Of a DNA stretch of 64,000 nucleotides, positions 10,349 to 20,836 are shown piece by piece (the stretch's first letter is position 1; each line of letters starts with the position of its first letter). The DNA is from an uncultured cyanobacterium (lineage in GTDB: Bacteria; Cyanobacteriota; Cyanobacteriia; Cyanobacteriales; Nostocaceae). A program made the position numbers and the translations under genes. The notes under the pieces are model-generated. The model made no database searches, was not told the DNA's origin, and saw only the letters and a list, made by a program, of their open reading frames with translations. The stretch covers positions 1,760,001 through 1,824,000 of the forward strand of contig CAVUDP010000002.1 in NCBI GenBank assembly GCA_963740315.1, written 5' to 3'.

Positions 10349-10560
10349 AGTTATTTTTTAAGATAATTTTTATATCTAAACTATTTTTTACAGACTATAT
10401 TTTTAATTTTAACTCAGATCGAAATGTTTTTATATCTTAACAAAATTAACTTAAGGTTATGACTGATTTACTGTATTATTATCAACATTGATTATGACTT
10501 CTGAAGGTAATTTACATAGTTTGTTAAAGTTTTTCAGAGCAGATTTGTGAGGAATAGCAA

Positions 10561-12219
10561 GTGGTACAGAATATTTTTAAATTATGGGTAAGTAGTCCTG
10601 TGTTAGGTACTGCTTTAATAATCACAGCTGTTAATACGGGTTTAACACCACAATTAGCAACAGCAACGCAACCTGATTCTCAAACGTCTTTTCAATTAAG
10701 TGAAGTTATTCAGAACTCAGAAAATAATCTAGATTCCACGGAAAAGCTTGCTCAAACCGATAAAAAACAAGTAATATCTCAAGTAACTTCGGTTTCTCAA
10801 CTATCCGACGTTCAACCTACAGACTGGGCATTCGCGGCTTTACAATCGTTAGTTGAACGCTACGGTTGTATAGCAGGTTATCCCAATGGAACTTATCGGG
10901 GAAATCGCGCTTTAACTCGTTACGAATTCGCGGCTGGTTTAAATGCTTGCTTAAACAGAGTTAATGAATTGATTACTACTTCCACTGCCGATATAGTATC
11001 TCGACAAGATTTAGAGACTTTACAACGGTTACAATCAGAATTTTCTGCCGAACTTGCAACATTACGCGGTAGAGTTGATGCGTTAGAAGCTCGTACTGCC
11101 GAAATCGAGGTAAATCAATTTTCTACTACCACCAAGCTTCAGGGTGAAGTAGCGTTTACCCTTGCAGGTGCAGAGGGAGATGATGTAGATACTGAAATTG
11201 TTTTCAACGATAAAATTCGTCTCCAATTAGTAACCAGTTTCACGGGTAAAGATAAGCTGCTCACCCGTTTAACTGCGGGAAATATCGGTAACTCATTTGC
11301 AACCCAAATAGGTACTAATGAAGGTCGTTTCGCTCATGATGGCCCCGATGGTAACGATATTGTTCTAGATAAATTACACTATGTTTTCCCCGTTGGAGAC
11401 AAACTCACAGTTACTACAATGGCTAGTTTGGGAGGGCATCATTTCTATGCAGATGTATTCAACTCCGGCTTAAATACTGGTGGTGGTGCAACTGGTGCGC
11501 TGTCACGATTTGCCGAAAGAAACCCTATTTATCGCTTAGGACTTAATCGGAATACCGCAGGTGCAGGTTTTAGTTACAAGTTAGCCGCTGCAATTAAAAT
11601 TGAGGGTGGTTATCTTGCCAGAAATGGTTCCGATCCGAATCAAAAAGCAGGTTTATTTGACGGAAGCTATTCTGCTTTGGGACAAATTGTTTTTCAACCC
11701 GCGAAAAGATTTAAACTTGGTTTAACCTATGTCAACGGTTACGATCCAGGTGAGGGAAACTTCGCTTTTGGTGGAACAGGAACCAACTTTGCAAACGGTT
11801 TGCTTCCCGGTACGGAAGAACGACGAATTAACAGTAATTCCTACGGAGTACAGGCTCAACTCGATCTCAGTTCCAAATTCAGCATCCGGGGTTGGGGTGG
11901 ATATACCGATGTTGATTTTAACAACGGTGGTGATGCCGAAATCTGGAATTATGCATTGGCTTTAGTATTTCCCGATTTTGGTAAAAAAGGTGGTTTAGCT
12001 GCAATTATTGCGGGTGCGGAACCTTACGCTGGCGACATTTCACCAAGACCAGCCAACTTTCAAAATGATACACCCATCCATGTTGAAGCGCTGTACCGAT
12101 ATCCGATCAACGACAACATTTCAATTACTCCTGGAATCATTTGGTTAAAGTCTCCCAATCAAAATGAGAACAACGATGATGTCTTTATTGGTGCGTTGAG
12201 AACTACGTTTACGTTCTGA
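10561..12219 (+). CDS. SLH-domain cyanobacterial outer-membrane porin (SomA/OprB-like)
   Basis: SQVTSVSQLSDVQPTDWAFAALQSLVERYGCI SLH region, QFSTTTKL motif, C-terminal LRTTFTF. Confidence 0.93.
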   Translation: MVQNIFKLWVSSPVLGTALIITAVNTGLTPQLATATQPDSQTSFQLSEVIQNSENNLDSTEKLAQTDKKQVISQVTSVSQLSDVQPTDWAFAALQSLVERYGCIAGYPNGTYRGNRALTRYEFAAGLNACLNRVNELITTSTADIVSRQDLETLQRLQSEFSAELATLRGRVDALEARTAEIEVNQFSTTTKLQGEVAFTLAGAEGDDVDTEIVFNDKIRLQLVTSFTGKDKLLTRLTAGNIGNSFATQIGTNEGRFAHDGPDGNDIVLDKLHYVFPVGDKLTVTTMASLGGHHFYADVFNSGLNTGGGATGALSRFAERNPIYRLGLNRNTAGAGFSYKLAAAIKIEGGYLARNGSDPNQKAGLFDGSYSALGQIVFQPAKRFKLGLTYVNGYDPGEGNFAFGGTGTNFANGLLPGTEERRINSNSYGVQAQLDLSSKFSIRGWGGYTDVDFNNGGDAEIWNYALALVFPDFGKKGGLAAIIAGAEPYAGDISPRPANFQNDTPIHVEALYRYPINDNISITPGIIWLKSPNQNENNDDVFIGALRTTFTF

Positions 12220-12270
12220 TTAGTAATGGGTAATTAGTAATTGAAAAATCTACTTTAGAAACCCTTGTGG

Positions 12271-12289
12271 TACGGGCTAAAAGCCCGTA
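12271..12289 (+). terminator. Stem-loop after the porin gene
   Basis: TACGGGCT-AAA-AGCCCGTA inverted repeat. Confidence 0.5.
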
Positions 12290-12425
12290 TACAAACAATA
12301 TAGCTATAAATTAAGCATACAAAAATTTTTTAGCTAAAAAAGAATTTTAAAATTTGTATTTTGCTTCGATTAATTTTAAAATAAAACCGTTAAATAAACT
12401 TTCTTATCAGGGAAAAACAAGTGTC

Positions 12426-13610
12426 ATGAACGAACCAACTTCAGTTCGCTTAGGTGGAAAAAATCTTGATACTATCGACATCGATAAAGAAAATTTATTT
12501 CCAGAGGGCGTAGAATACGTTCCAAGTCAGCAACAATTTCTTATTACTTCTTTTACAGAAGGAACAGTATATGCAGTGGATAAACAAGGGAAGTTAACGC
12601 CGTTTGCTGAAGATGAACGTTTACTTTCTACCGTCGGTATTGAAATAGATCCAGAACGAAACCGCGTTTTAGTTGCTAATTCAGACCTTGGGCAAGCTGT
12701 CAACTCTAGCCCGGAAACTGAAAATCAACTTGCCGCATTAGGTATTTTTGATTTAACTACGGGGGAAACAATTGATTACATAAACTTAGGAGAATTACGT
12801 CCCGACAAACCTCATTTTGCCAATGATATTGCTGTTGATGATTTTGGTAATGTTTACGTCACCGATAGTTTTGCTGGAATCATCTACAAAGTTGATACCG
12901 AAGGAAACCCCTCTGTATTTTTTGAAAACGAACAGTTTGTTGAAGAAGGTTTCAATCTTAATGGCATCGTAGTTCATCCTGATGATTTCTTGCTTGTTGG
13001 TGACTACAATGATGGTGAAATTTTTAAAGTACCGCTCGATAATCCGGAGCAGTTTACACAAGTTGATATTGACCAAAAATTGATTAATTCTGACGGTTTT
13101 CTTTTAGTAGACGAAGATGAATTAGTCGTTGTTGTCAATGATGTAGATGACGAATCTGCAAACGCGGTATTTGCTTTAGATAGCGATGATAATTGGAAAT
13201 CTGCTCAAGTCAGCGATCGCCTAGACGTTGATGGCGAACTTATAACCACAGCAACAATCAAAGATGATAAGTTATTCGTTGTTGATTCTGCGATCAACGA
13301 GTTATTTGACGAGCAATTACCTTTTAATGATTTTAAAATTTTAGAGGTTGGTACGATTACAGATCGAGATAATTTCGGTTTCAAGGATTTCTTCAATAAT
13401 TTTAATTTTGACGAATTCTTTGAGCAAGGTAGAGAAATTTTTACTAACCTACGATTTAATTTAGAATCAGAGATGTTTACTGACTTATTGAGCATTAATT
13501 TAAATATTTCTTCCAATAGTGGGAATTACGAAGATTTTACTGATATAAATAAAAGTCTGGATGATATCGAAAGCTTCTTCATCCAACAAAGCGATAATAT
13601 TACTATCTGA
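12426..13610 (+). CDS. SMP-30/gluconolactonase-like beta-propeller protein with acidic C-terminal extension
   Basis: LFPEGV, FANDIAVDDFGNVYVTDS, LNGI and DG propeller motifs. Confidence 0.8.
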   Translation: MNEPTSVRLGGKNLDTIDIDKENLFPEGVEYVPSQQQFLITSFTEGTVYAVDKQGKLTPFAEDERLLSTVGIEIDPERNRVLVANSDLGQAVNSSPETENQLAALGIFDLTTGETIDYINLGELRPDKPHFANDIAVDDFGNVYVTDSFAGIIYKVDTEGNPSVFFENEQFVEEGFNLNGIVVHPDDFLLVGDYNDGEIFKVPLDNPEQFTQVDIDQKLINSDGFLLVDEDELVVVVNDVDDESANAVFALDSDDNWKSAQVSDRLDVDGELITTATIKDDKLFVVDSAINELFDEQLPFNDFKILEVGTITDRDNFGFKDFFNNFNFDEFFEQGREIFTNLRFNLESEMFTDLLSINLNISSNSGNYEDFTDINKSLDDIESFFIQQSDNITI

Positions 13611-13634
13611 GTAGCTAATAAATATGGATTTTTC

Positions 13635-14075
13635 ATGGAATACTTGCACACAATGGTTCGCGTCAGCGACTTGGAAAAATCGCTAGACTTTTACTGCAAA
13701 AAGCTGGGATTAGTTGAAGTTAGGAGAAAAGAAAGCGAAAAAGGACGTTTTACCCTAGTTTTTCTCGCCGCACCGCAAGACGTAGAAAAAGTAAAAGAAT
13801 CAACATCTCCCCTAGTTGAACTTACTTACAACTGGGACCCCGAAGATTACGATGGCGGGCGCAATTTCGGACACCTAGCCTATCGAGTTGACGACATTTA
13901 CGAAACCTGCGATCGCTTGAAAACAGGCGGTGTCACCATCAACCGTCCCCCACGCGACGGACACATGGCATTCGTGCGATCGCCAGACAATATTTCCATC
14001 GAGCTACTGCAAAAAGGAGACGCACTACCACCGAAAGAACCTTGGGCTTCTATGGAAAATACTGGAAAGTGGTAG
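13635..14075 (+). CDS. gloA: Lactoylglutathione lyase (glyoxalase I)
   Basis: [29 protein letters not shown] and SPDNISIEL motifs. Confidence 0.93.
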   Translation: MEYLHTMVRVSDLEKSLDFYCKKLGLVEVRRKESEKGRFTLVFLAAPQDVEKVKESTSPLVELTYNWDPEDYDGGRNFGHLAYRVDDIYETCDRLKTGGVTINRPPRDGHMAFVRSPDNISIELLQKGDALPPKEPWASMENTGKW

Positions 14076-14134
14076 AAGGGATGGGGAGATAGGGGGATGG
14101 GGAGATGGGGGGACAAGGGGACAAGGGGACAAGG

Positions 14135-14249
14135 GGATGGGGGTAGTTAAACAGCGAGCAAGATGCTCGCACACGCAACCGATGCTAAAGCGCCTAACAT
14201 CACCCTCTTAAGGATGGGGGTAGTTAAACAGCGAGCAAGATGCTCGCAC
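14135..14249. repeat. Two identical 38-bp REP-like direct repeats separated by 39 unique bp
   Basis: GGATGGGGGTAGTTAAACAGCGAGCAAGATGCTCGCAC at 14135-14172 and 14212-14249. Confidence 0.85.
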
Positions 14250-14324
14250 TACTGCCTCCTCTTCCCCCTCTTCCCCTCTCCCCCTCACTATTTAATTGAC
14301 TCGTAAATGTTAATCTGATATTGT

Positions 14325-14345
14325 AAAAACGACCAATCGGTCTTA
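14325..14345 (+). promoter_or_regulatory. Putative TetR operator 1
   Basis: Imperfect palindrome GACCAATCGGTC just upstream of the tetR start; a near copy lies at 14984-15005. Confidence 0.6.
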
Positions 14346-14354
14346 AACGAAAAG

Positions 14355-14948
14355 ATGTCCAAAGGCGAAGAAACAAAGGAAAAAATATTGCATCAAGCTG
14401 CCGCGCTGTTTAATACTCAGGGCTATGCTGGTGCGTCGATTTCGGACATCATGCGGGTAACGGGATTAAAAAAGGGGGGAATTTATAACCATTTTCAAAG
14501 TAAGGATGATTTAGCGTTACAAGCCTTTGATTATGCAGTTGACTTAATTAAGCAGCGTTATCGAGGTGCTTTGCAAAATAAACGTCATGCAGTTGAGCGC
14601 TTGCAAGGAATTATCAGCGTATTTCGGGCTAACATCGATAATCCGGCAATTGAAGGAGGATGTCCGTTATTAAATACTGCTGTTGAAAGCGATGATGCTC
14701 ATCCAGTGTTGCGACAACGCGCTCGAATGGTAATGGATTCTTGGCGAGATATGGTTTGCAAGGTTATTCAAAAAGGAATTGCTAGGGGTGAAATTCGTCC
14801 TGAAGTAAACCCCGATGAAGTTGCAACCGTGATGATTTCTTTACTTGAAGGTGCGGTAATGATGAGCAAGTTGTATGATGATTCGATTCACCTTGAAAGA
14901 GCGATCGAGCATTTGAATAATTATATTAAAGTAGAATTACAAGCTTAA
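14355..14948 (+). CDS. TetR/AcrR family transcriptional regulator
   Basis: N-terminal HTH (GLKKGGIYNHFQSKDDL) and GCPL motif in the C-terminal domain. Confidence 0.95.
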   Translation: MSKGEETKEKILHQAAALFNTQGYAGASISDIMRVTGLKKGGIYNHFQSKDDLALQAFDYAVDLIKQRYRGALQNKRHAVERLQGIISVFRANIDNPAIEGGCPLLNTAVESDDAHPVLRQRARMVMDSWRDMVCKVIQKGIARGEIRPEVNPDEVATVMISLLEGAVMMSKLYDDSIHLERAIEHLNNYIKVELQA

Positions 14949-14983
14949 ACGGGCATAATAAAAGCCGTATATTTTTTTTGAGC

Positions 14984-15005
14984 AAAAACAAACCATTCGG
15001 TCTTA
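14984..15005 (+). promoter_or_regulatory. Putative TetR operator 2
   Basis: AAAAACAAACCATTCGGTCTTA matches AAAAACGACCAATCGGTCTTA upstream of tetR. Confidence 0.55.
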
Positions 15006-15042
15006 TTATTTTCAGCCTTGATAATAACTAAAGCAAAAAACT

Positions 15043-15861
15043 ATGATACAGCAAGAAAACACAGCTTCAACTAGCGATATTCTCACCGTCGATCGAGCCT
15101 TTGAGAAATTTTTTACGCCACCTAAGAAGTCACAAACAGAACAAGAGCAAAAGCTTGAAGAGCAAGCAAATATTTTTACAATTCCAGGCATAACAGTAGA
15201 CTTGACAGCGTATTCTTGGGGTAAAGGTGCAACTATTTTACTGGTTCATGGATGGGGAGGACGTGCGACACAATTAAGTTCTTTCGTCGAGCCGTTGGTA
15301 GAATTAGGATACCGCGTTCTTGCTTTTGATGCACCCGCACATGGTAAAACAGCAGGTACGCAAACCAATGGGCTTGAGTTTGTGGAAGCGATTAAAACTG
15401 TTGTTAAAAAAGAAGGTTCAATAGATAGCATAATTGCTCACTCTTTTGGAAGCACAAGTACAGCAGTTGCTTTAAATGAAGGGATTACGGCTCGTAAAAT
15501 AGTCTTTTTAGGGGCTGTTTGTCACTTAACAATTACATTTACAATCTTTTCAAAATCGGCAAAACTTACTCCAGAATTAGAACAAGAATTACGTGTTTTG
15601 ATAGAAGATAAATTGGGCAAAGATACCTGGCAAAGATTTTCACTAGATAAAATGAATAATCTTAAAATTCCAACTTTGTTATTTCACGATCGCAATGACC
15701 GAGAAATACCATTACAAGAGAGTGTTGCAATCAACGAATCGTGGCAAGATAGTCAATTAATTCTAACTTCTAGACTTGGACATCGACGAATTCTAATGAA
15801 CGAACAAGTCATTCAACAAGCGGTAAACTTTATCGCTGACAAACAAGATTATTTAAAATAA
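15043..15861 (+). CDS. Alpha/beta hydrolase
   Basis: LLVHGWGG, FDAPAHG, IAHSFG nucleophile elbow, D..LGH. Confidence 0.9.
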   Translation: MIQQENTASTSDILTVDRAFEKFFTPPKKSQTEQEQKLEEQANIFTIPGITVDLTAYSWGKGATILLVHGWGGRATQLSSFVEPLVELGYRVLAFDAPAHGKTAGTQTNGLEFVEAIKTVVKKEGSIDSIIAHSFGSTSTAVALNEGITARKIVFLGAVCHLTITFTIFSKSAKLTPELEQELRVLIEDKLGKDTWQRFSLDKMNNLKIPTLLFHDRNDREIPLQESVAINESWQDSQLILTSRLGHRRILMNEQVIQQAVNFIADKQDYLK

Positions 15862-15887
15862 CAATCAAGCAAAACAGATTATCAAAA

Positions 15888-16643
15888 ATGAAAACTGAAC
15901 AGAAACCATTCCGTTTAATAACCATTCCAGTTAGTCATTACTGCGAGAAAGTAAGATGGGCGCTCGATTATTTCAAATTATCATATGTAGAAGAAGCACA
16001 TATGCCACTTTTACATAGATTAGCAACAACTAAATTTGGAGGTAAATCGACTCCCGTGCTTGTAACTGAAGATGAGAATTTTACAGATTCAACTGACATT
16101 TTAAAATACTTGGATTCACTTGTTCCTAATGACGCAAAACTATATCCAACGAATTCCGAACAGCGTCAACAAGTTGAAGAATTAGAAGAATTATTTGATG
16201 AAAAATTAGCTCCTGCCGTAAGAACATGGGCTTACTTTTATATAGTAGATAATTCTAAAATTATTCAACCAAAATGGACTCAAGGCGTACCTATTATAGA
16301 AAAATTATTATTCCCAGTAATTTATCCATCAATGCGATCGGTTGTGAAGAAAGCATATGATGTCAACCCGGAATCAGCAACGCAGTCTTACCAAGAAATT
16401 CAGAGCGTTTTTGCAAAAGTAAATGAGTTATTAGCAGATGGACGCAATTATTTAGTAGGAGATAAAATTTCTGCTGCCGATATTAGCTTTGCTTCCCTAG
16501 CTGCACCAATTTTACAACCACCACAACATCCGATTAATTCCGACTCGCAAGAATTACCAGCAGAATTTGTATCTAAAATCAAGAAGTTGCAAGAAACTGC
16601 TGCGGGTAAATTTGTGTTGAATTTATATGAGAATTGGCGCTAA
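15888..16643 (+). CDS. Glutathione S-transferase family protein
   Basis: SHYCEKVRWAL, TPVL, DSTDI and ISAADI motifs. Confidence 0.9.
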   Translation: MKTEQKPFRLITIPVSHYCEKVRWALDYFKLSYVEEAHMPLLHRLATTKFGGKSTPVLVTEDENFTDSTDILKYLDSLVPNDAKLYPTNSEQRQQVEELEELFDEKLAPAVRTWAYFYIVDNSKIIQPKWTQGVPIIEKLLFPVIYPSMRSVVKKAYDVNPESATQSYQEIQSVFAKVNELLADGRNYLVGDKISAADISFASLAAPILQPPQHPINSDSQELPAEFVSKIKKLQETAAGKFVLNLYENWR

Positions 16644-16649
16644 AGCATT

Positions 16650-17300
16650 ATGCTCAAATTTTACTACAATCCTCGTTCCCCTATGGCTCGTCGTGTATGG
16701 CGAGGTTTGTTAGAAAAGGATATTGAATTTGAACCTATTTTGATGAAATTAAATGGCGATCAACTTCAGCCAGATTATTTACAAATAAATCCTTTTCATC
16801 ACGTACCGACGATAGTTGATGATGGTTTTCGGATGGTAGAATCAATTGCTATTTTAGAATATTTAGAAACCAAATATCCTACTCCCGCGCTGTTACCGAA
16901 AGACACTCAAGCATTAGCAACGGTAAGAATGGTGCAGATGGTTTCGACAAATGAATTTGTTCCCAAAGTGCTACCTCTGATTTTAGAAAATCAAGATTCG
17001 CCTTCATTTATTGAAGCCAAGCAACACGTAGAAAAAGTATTAGAATTTTTCGCAGATAACTTAAAAGAAAACTCTTATTTTGGCGGCGATAATTTAAGCT
17101 TGGCAGATATTATTGTTGGGACAGATATTTCATTTTTACCACTTTTGGGAATTGATTTTAATAAATATCCCAATTTGAATAACTGGTTTGAACATTTAAT
17201 GCAACGTCCATCATGGCAAAAAACGGAACTTAGTGCAGAAGAATTTGAACAATTCAGACGGGTTTTAATGATAATGCGCCAGCGCAAACAAAAACCATAA
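16650..17300 (+). CDS. Glutathione S-transferase family protein
   Basis: INPFHHVPTI, ESIAILEYL and LSLADI motifs. Confidence 0.92.
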   Translation: MLKFYYNPRSPMARRVWRGLLEKDIEFEPILMKLNGDQLQPDYLQINPFHHVPTIVDDGFRMVESIAILEYLETKYPTPALLPKDTQALATVRMVQMVSTNEFVPKVLPLILENQDSPSFIEAKQHVEKVLEFFADNLKENSYFGGDNLSLADIIVGTDISFLPLLGIDFNKYPNLNNWFEHLMQRPSWQKTELSAEEFEQFRRVLMIMRQRKQKP

Positions 17301-17378
17301 CCTAAAATCTGCAAAATATTTTCAATCTAAAATCTAAAATCTAAAATCTAAAATGGAATTACCCATTACCCATTACCT

Positions 17379-18041
17379 TTACCCCATCACCCGTTTCATC
17401 AAAGAAGTGATAAAACGATAACCCTTACGCACAAAATTCAACAAAGAAAGCGGCATTTTTAACTTCAACGGATAAATCAAAGGAAGATATATCAAATAAT
17501 ATGCTTTCTTGAGATTATCCCACTTAGAACAATATTCTTCATCCAAAAAATCTGAAATATCTACAACTAATCCCCTACCTTCATGCATCATCACATTACG
17601 TGCATGAACATCGTGGGAAAAAAGATTGCGGCTTCTTGCGTAATCTAAAGCTTTGTCAATATCTTTTATAACTATTTTAGGAACGCGGATACCTAATTGA
17701 ACGCAATCCCATATCGTAACTCCATACAGCCGTTTTAATACTAAAAAACCATCTTCAGCGTAGAATAATTGAGAGAAAGCCGGATGTTTACCCAAACGCT
17801 TGTAAACTTCTACTTCTTCCTCAAAACCAGGTCTTCCCGGTGCGTAAATCTTCACAACCAAATCTGGAAAATCGGGATGATGAACTACTGCGGCGTAATT
17901 TCCCGTACCAAGCAGAAGCCAAGGGGGAGGTATATGATGAACTTTTACCGGATCGTGAGGATCGACGCTTTCTATTTGAAGTTTGGGAAGTAATTCAACG
18001 TGAATATTATTGACGAAGCGATTTACCTGCAAAGTTTCCAT
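17379..18041 (-). CDS. Small Ser/Thr protein kinase-like protein
   Basis: LLGTGNYAAV glycine loop, VVKIY, HDVHARNVM and VDISD motifs. Confidence 0.8.
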   Translation of the reverse strand: METLQVNRFVNNIHVELLPKLQIESVDPHDPVKVHHIPPPWLLLGTGNYAAVVHHPDFPDLVVKIYAPGRPGFEEEVEVYKRLGKHPAFSQLFYAEDGFLVLKRLYGVTIWDCVQLGIRVPKIVIKDIDKALDYARSRNLFSHDVHARNVMMHEGRGLVVDISDFLDEEYCSKWDNLKKAYYLIYLPLIYPLKLKMPLSLLNFVRKGYRFITSLMKRVMG

Positions 18042-18293
18042 ATTTAACAAGCACCCTGGTTTAACGGTTGAAGAGAATTTACCTCTAACAGAAGTCACAA
18101 TAAAGTTACTATACGGCTAACATCTAATATAAGTGCTAACTACACATGGCTTTGATGTTTTTACGAATGGGATTAATAGGTGGACAAGGAGAGAGGGGGA
18201 AGAGGGGGAAGAGGGGGAAGAGGGGGTAGAAAAAACTTTTAACTCCTAACAACTAACAACTAACAACTAACAACTAACAACTAACTCTAAAAT

Positions 18294-19652
18294 ATGAATC
18301 CTATAACAGTAATTGGTGGTGGTTTAGCTGGAACCGAAGCAGCATGGCAAATTGCGATCGCCGGAATTCCAGTAATTTTTTATGAAATGCGTCCGCAAAA
18401 ATTCGGGGGAGCGCATCATACCGAACATTTAGCGGAGTTGGTATGTAGTAATTCTTTCGGAGCAATGGCAAGCGATCGCGCTGCTGGTTTGCTTCATGAG
18501 GAGTTACGCCGTCTGGGTTCTATCGTTATTTCTAAAGCCGACGAACACAAAGTTCCTGCGGGTGGGGCGTTAGCGGTAGATCGAGGTGTCTTTAGTCAAA
18601 ATTTAACGGAAACTCTCAGCAGCCATCCTTTAATTGACTTTCGCCGGGAAGAATTACGAGAAATCCCTGAAGGTATTGTAGTTTTAGCCACCGGACCTTT
18701 AACAAGTCCCGATTTAGCAGAAGATTTACGTCGCTTTACTGGGATGGAATATCTTAGCTTTTTTGATGCTGCGAGTCCCATAGTTGTGGGAGAATCGATT
18801 AACCTCGACGTTGCTTTCATGGCATCGCGTTACGACAAAGGCGAAGCAGCCTACCTCAACTGTCCGATGAATAAAGAGCAATATCTGCAATTTTGGACAG
18901 AATTGCGTCAAGCCGAACAAGTTGAATTAAAAGGCTTTGAACGGGAAAACGCCAAATTTTTTGAAGCTTGTTTACCCATCGAAGAACAAGCACAACGCGG
19001 CGAAGATACCATGCGTTATGGTCCCTTAAAGCCAGTTGGTTTGACTCCTCCTTCAACTGCGGGATGGGGTAATGATGCTCCTCGCGAAGAAATTCCCGAA
19101 GGAGAAGTTAAAAAAGAACGTCCTTACGCCGTCGTGCAATTACGTCAAGAAGACAAAGCCGGGAAACTGTGGAACATGGTAGGCTTTCAAACAAACTTGC
19201 GTTGGGGAGAACAAAAGCGGATATTCCAAATGATTCCCGGTTTAGAAAACGCCGAATTCGTGCGATTGGGAGTAATGCACCGCAACACCTTTATTAATGC
19301 ACCCCAATTAATGATTCCCACACTGCAATTCAAATCGCGTTCCAATTTACTTGCAGCCGGACAAATTATAGGTACCGAAGGATACACCGCCGCATCAGCC
19401 GGAGGTTGGTTAGCAGGAACAAACGCCGCCCGAATCGCTTTAGGCAAAGAACCCATAACCATGCCCAACACAACCATGATGGGAGCCTTATTTGACTTTA
19501 TCAGTTCCGCCTCCCCCAAACACTTCCAACCAATGCCCCCCAACTTCGGTATATTGCCGGACTTAGGAGTAAAAATAAAAAACAAACGCGAAAGATACGG
19601 AAAATATCGCGATCGCTCTTTGGAACAGTTAGCAGTAATCAGTGAGCAGTAA
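18294..19652 (+). CDS. trmFO: FADH2-dependent tRNA (uracil-54) methyltransferase TrmFO
   Basis: [38 protein letters not shown] and FQPMPPNFG motifs. Confidence 0.97.
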   Translation: MNPITVIGGGLAGTEAAWQIAIAGIPVIFYEMRPQKFGGAHHTEHLAELVCSNSFGAMASDRAAGLLHEELRRLGSIVISKADEHKVPAGGALAVDRGVFSQNLTETLSSHPLIDFRREELREIPEGIVVLATGPLTSPDLAEDLRRFTGMEYLSFFDAASPIVVGESINLDVAFMASRYDKGEAAYLNCPMNKEQYLQFWTELRQAEQVELKGFERENAKFFEACLPIEEQAQRGEDTMRYGPLKPVGLTPPSTAGWGNDAPREEIPEGEVKKERPYAVVQLRQEDKAGKLWNMVGFQTNLRWGEQKRIFQMIPGLENAEFVRLGVMHRNTFINAPQLMIPTLQFKSRSNLLAAGQIIGTEGYTAASAGGWLAGTNAARIALGKEPITMPNTTMMGALFDFISSASPKHFQPMPPNFGILPDLGVKIKNKRERYGKYRDRSLEQLAVISEQ

Positions 19653-19948
19653 TCAGTTAGCAGTTACCAGTTAGCAGTTACCAGTTAGCAGTGAGGAGTT
19701 AGGAGTGAGGAATGAGGAGTGAGGAGTGAGGAGTTAGGAGTTAGGAATGTAGTGGGAGCGTCTCGCTCCCTAGAAAAAACTCGCTCCCCCCATCTCCCCA
19801 TCTCCCCCTCTCCCCATCTCCCCCTCTCCCCCTCTCCCCATCCCCCCATCCCCCCATCTCCCCATCCCCCCATCTCCCCATCCCCCCATCTCCCCATCCC
19901 CCCATCTCCCCATCCCCCCCTCCCCCCATCCCCCCATCCCCCTCTCCT
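19625..19948. repeat. Composite repeat: CAGTTAG/GAGTGAG heptamers, REP-like hairpin GTAGTGGGAGCGTCTCGCTCCC, long CCCC(A/C)TC array
   Basis: Directly visible; the 45-bp core is repeated at 20762-20806. Confidence 0.85.
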
Positions 19949-19967
19949 CATCTACAATTCCCAAAAC

Positions 19968-20696
19968 ATGAAACAAACTGAGCGCTATTTATTTGATTTA
20001 CAAGGTTTCTTAGTTGTTGAAAATGTTCTTAGCAACGAGGAAATTTCAGCTTTAAACAAATTGATAGATAAGCAAGTTGCCATCAAAAATCAACCTGAAG
20101 CGTCTCGGTTGCGTTTTGACGGTTTGCTTTCATGGGGACAACCTTTTCTAAATTTGATCGATAATCCCCGCATAACTCCTTATTTATCTGAGTTGTTAGG
20201 GGGAAAATTTCGCTTAGATCACGATTATGTTCATATTATTCGTAAAGGTGTAGGTCCGATCGGTTGTTATTTGCACGGTGGAGGCACTCCTTACGATCCA
20301 ACTCAGTATTATTCATTCCGAAACGGCAGAATTTACAATGGTTTGCTTGCTGTTGCTTACGAGTTAAATGACGTACATCCGGGTGATGGAGGATTTGCTT
20401 GTATTCCCGGTAGTCATAAAAGTAATTTATCTTGTCCCCAAGAATGGCTTAATTTAGAGTGTCCTAAAGATATAGTCAAATCAGTTACTGTAAAAGCCGG
20501 AAGCGCCATTATCTTTACTGAAGCGTTGAGTCACGGAACCCTTACCTGGCAAGGAAAAAACGAGCGTAGAACATTATTTTACAAATATTCTCCTCATTCA
20601 TATGCGTGGTTGAGAAATTACTACAATCCCGACGATTTTACAGATTTAACTCCATCCCAACGAGAAATCCTCAAAACACCCGGAGTGTATCCTTAA
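19968..20696 (+). CDS. Phytanoyl-CoA dioxygenase (PhyH) family Fe/2OG dioxygenase
   Basis: [23 protein letters not shown] and FTEALSHG motifs; ATG at 19968 lies after the repeat tract. Confidence 0.88.
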   Translation: MKQTERYLFDLQGFLVVENVLSNEEISALNKLIDKQVAIKNQPEASRLRFDGLLSWGQPFLNLIDNPRITPYLSELLGGKFRLDHDYVHIIRKGVGPIGCYLHGGGTPYDPTQYYSFRNGRIYNGLLAVAYELNDVHPGDGGFACIPGSHKSNLSCPQEWLNLECPKDIVKSVTVKAGSAIIFTEALSHGTLTWQGKNERRTLFYKYSPHSYAWLRNYYNPDDFTDLTPSQREILKTPGVYP

Positions 20697-20836
20697 ACAG
20701 TGAGCAGTTAACAGTGAGCAGTGAGCAGTTAACAGTGAGCAGTGAATGGCTATAAATTAGCAATGTAGTGGGAGCGTCTCGCTCCCTAGAAAAATCTCGC
20801 TCCCCCTCTTCCCCCTCTTCCCCCTCTCCCCCATCT

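Noticed and set aside
10430..10500. Pho, Fur or Zur box upstream of the porin gene
   Set aside because: Only half-sites are present (ATTATCA; TTAAC repeats at 9-bp rather than 11-bp spacing) in AT-rich DNA, which is not enough to support a call.
19685..19976. Gly/Trp- or Pro-rich ORFs and the long N-terminal extension of the PhyH ORF from 19719
   Set aside because: These are artefacts of stop-free CCCCATC heptamer arrays; the better start is ATG 19968.
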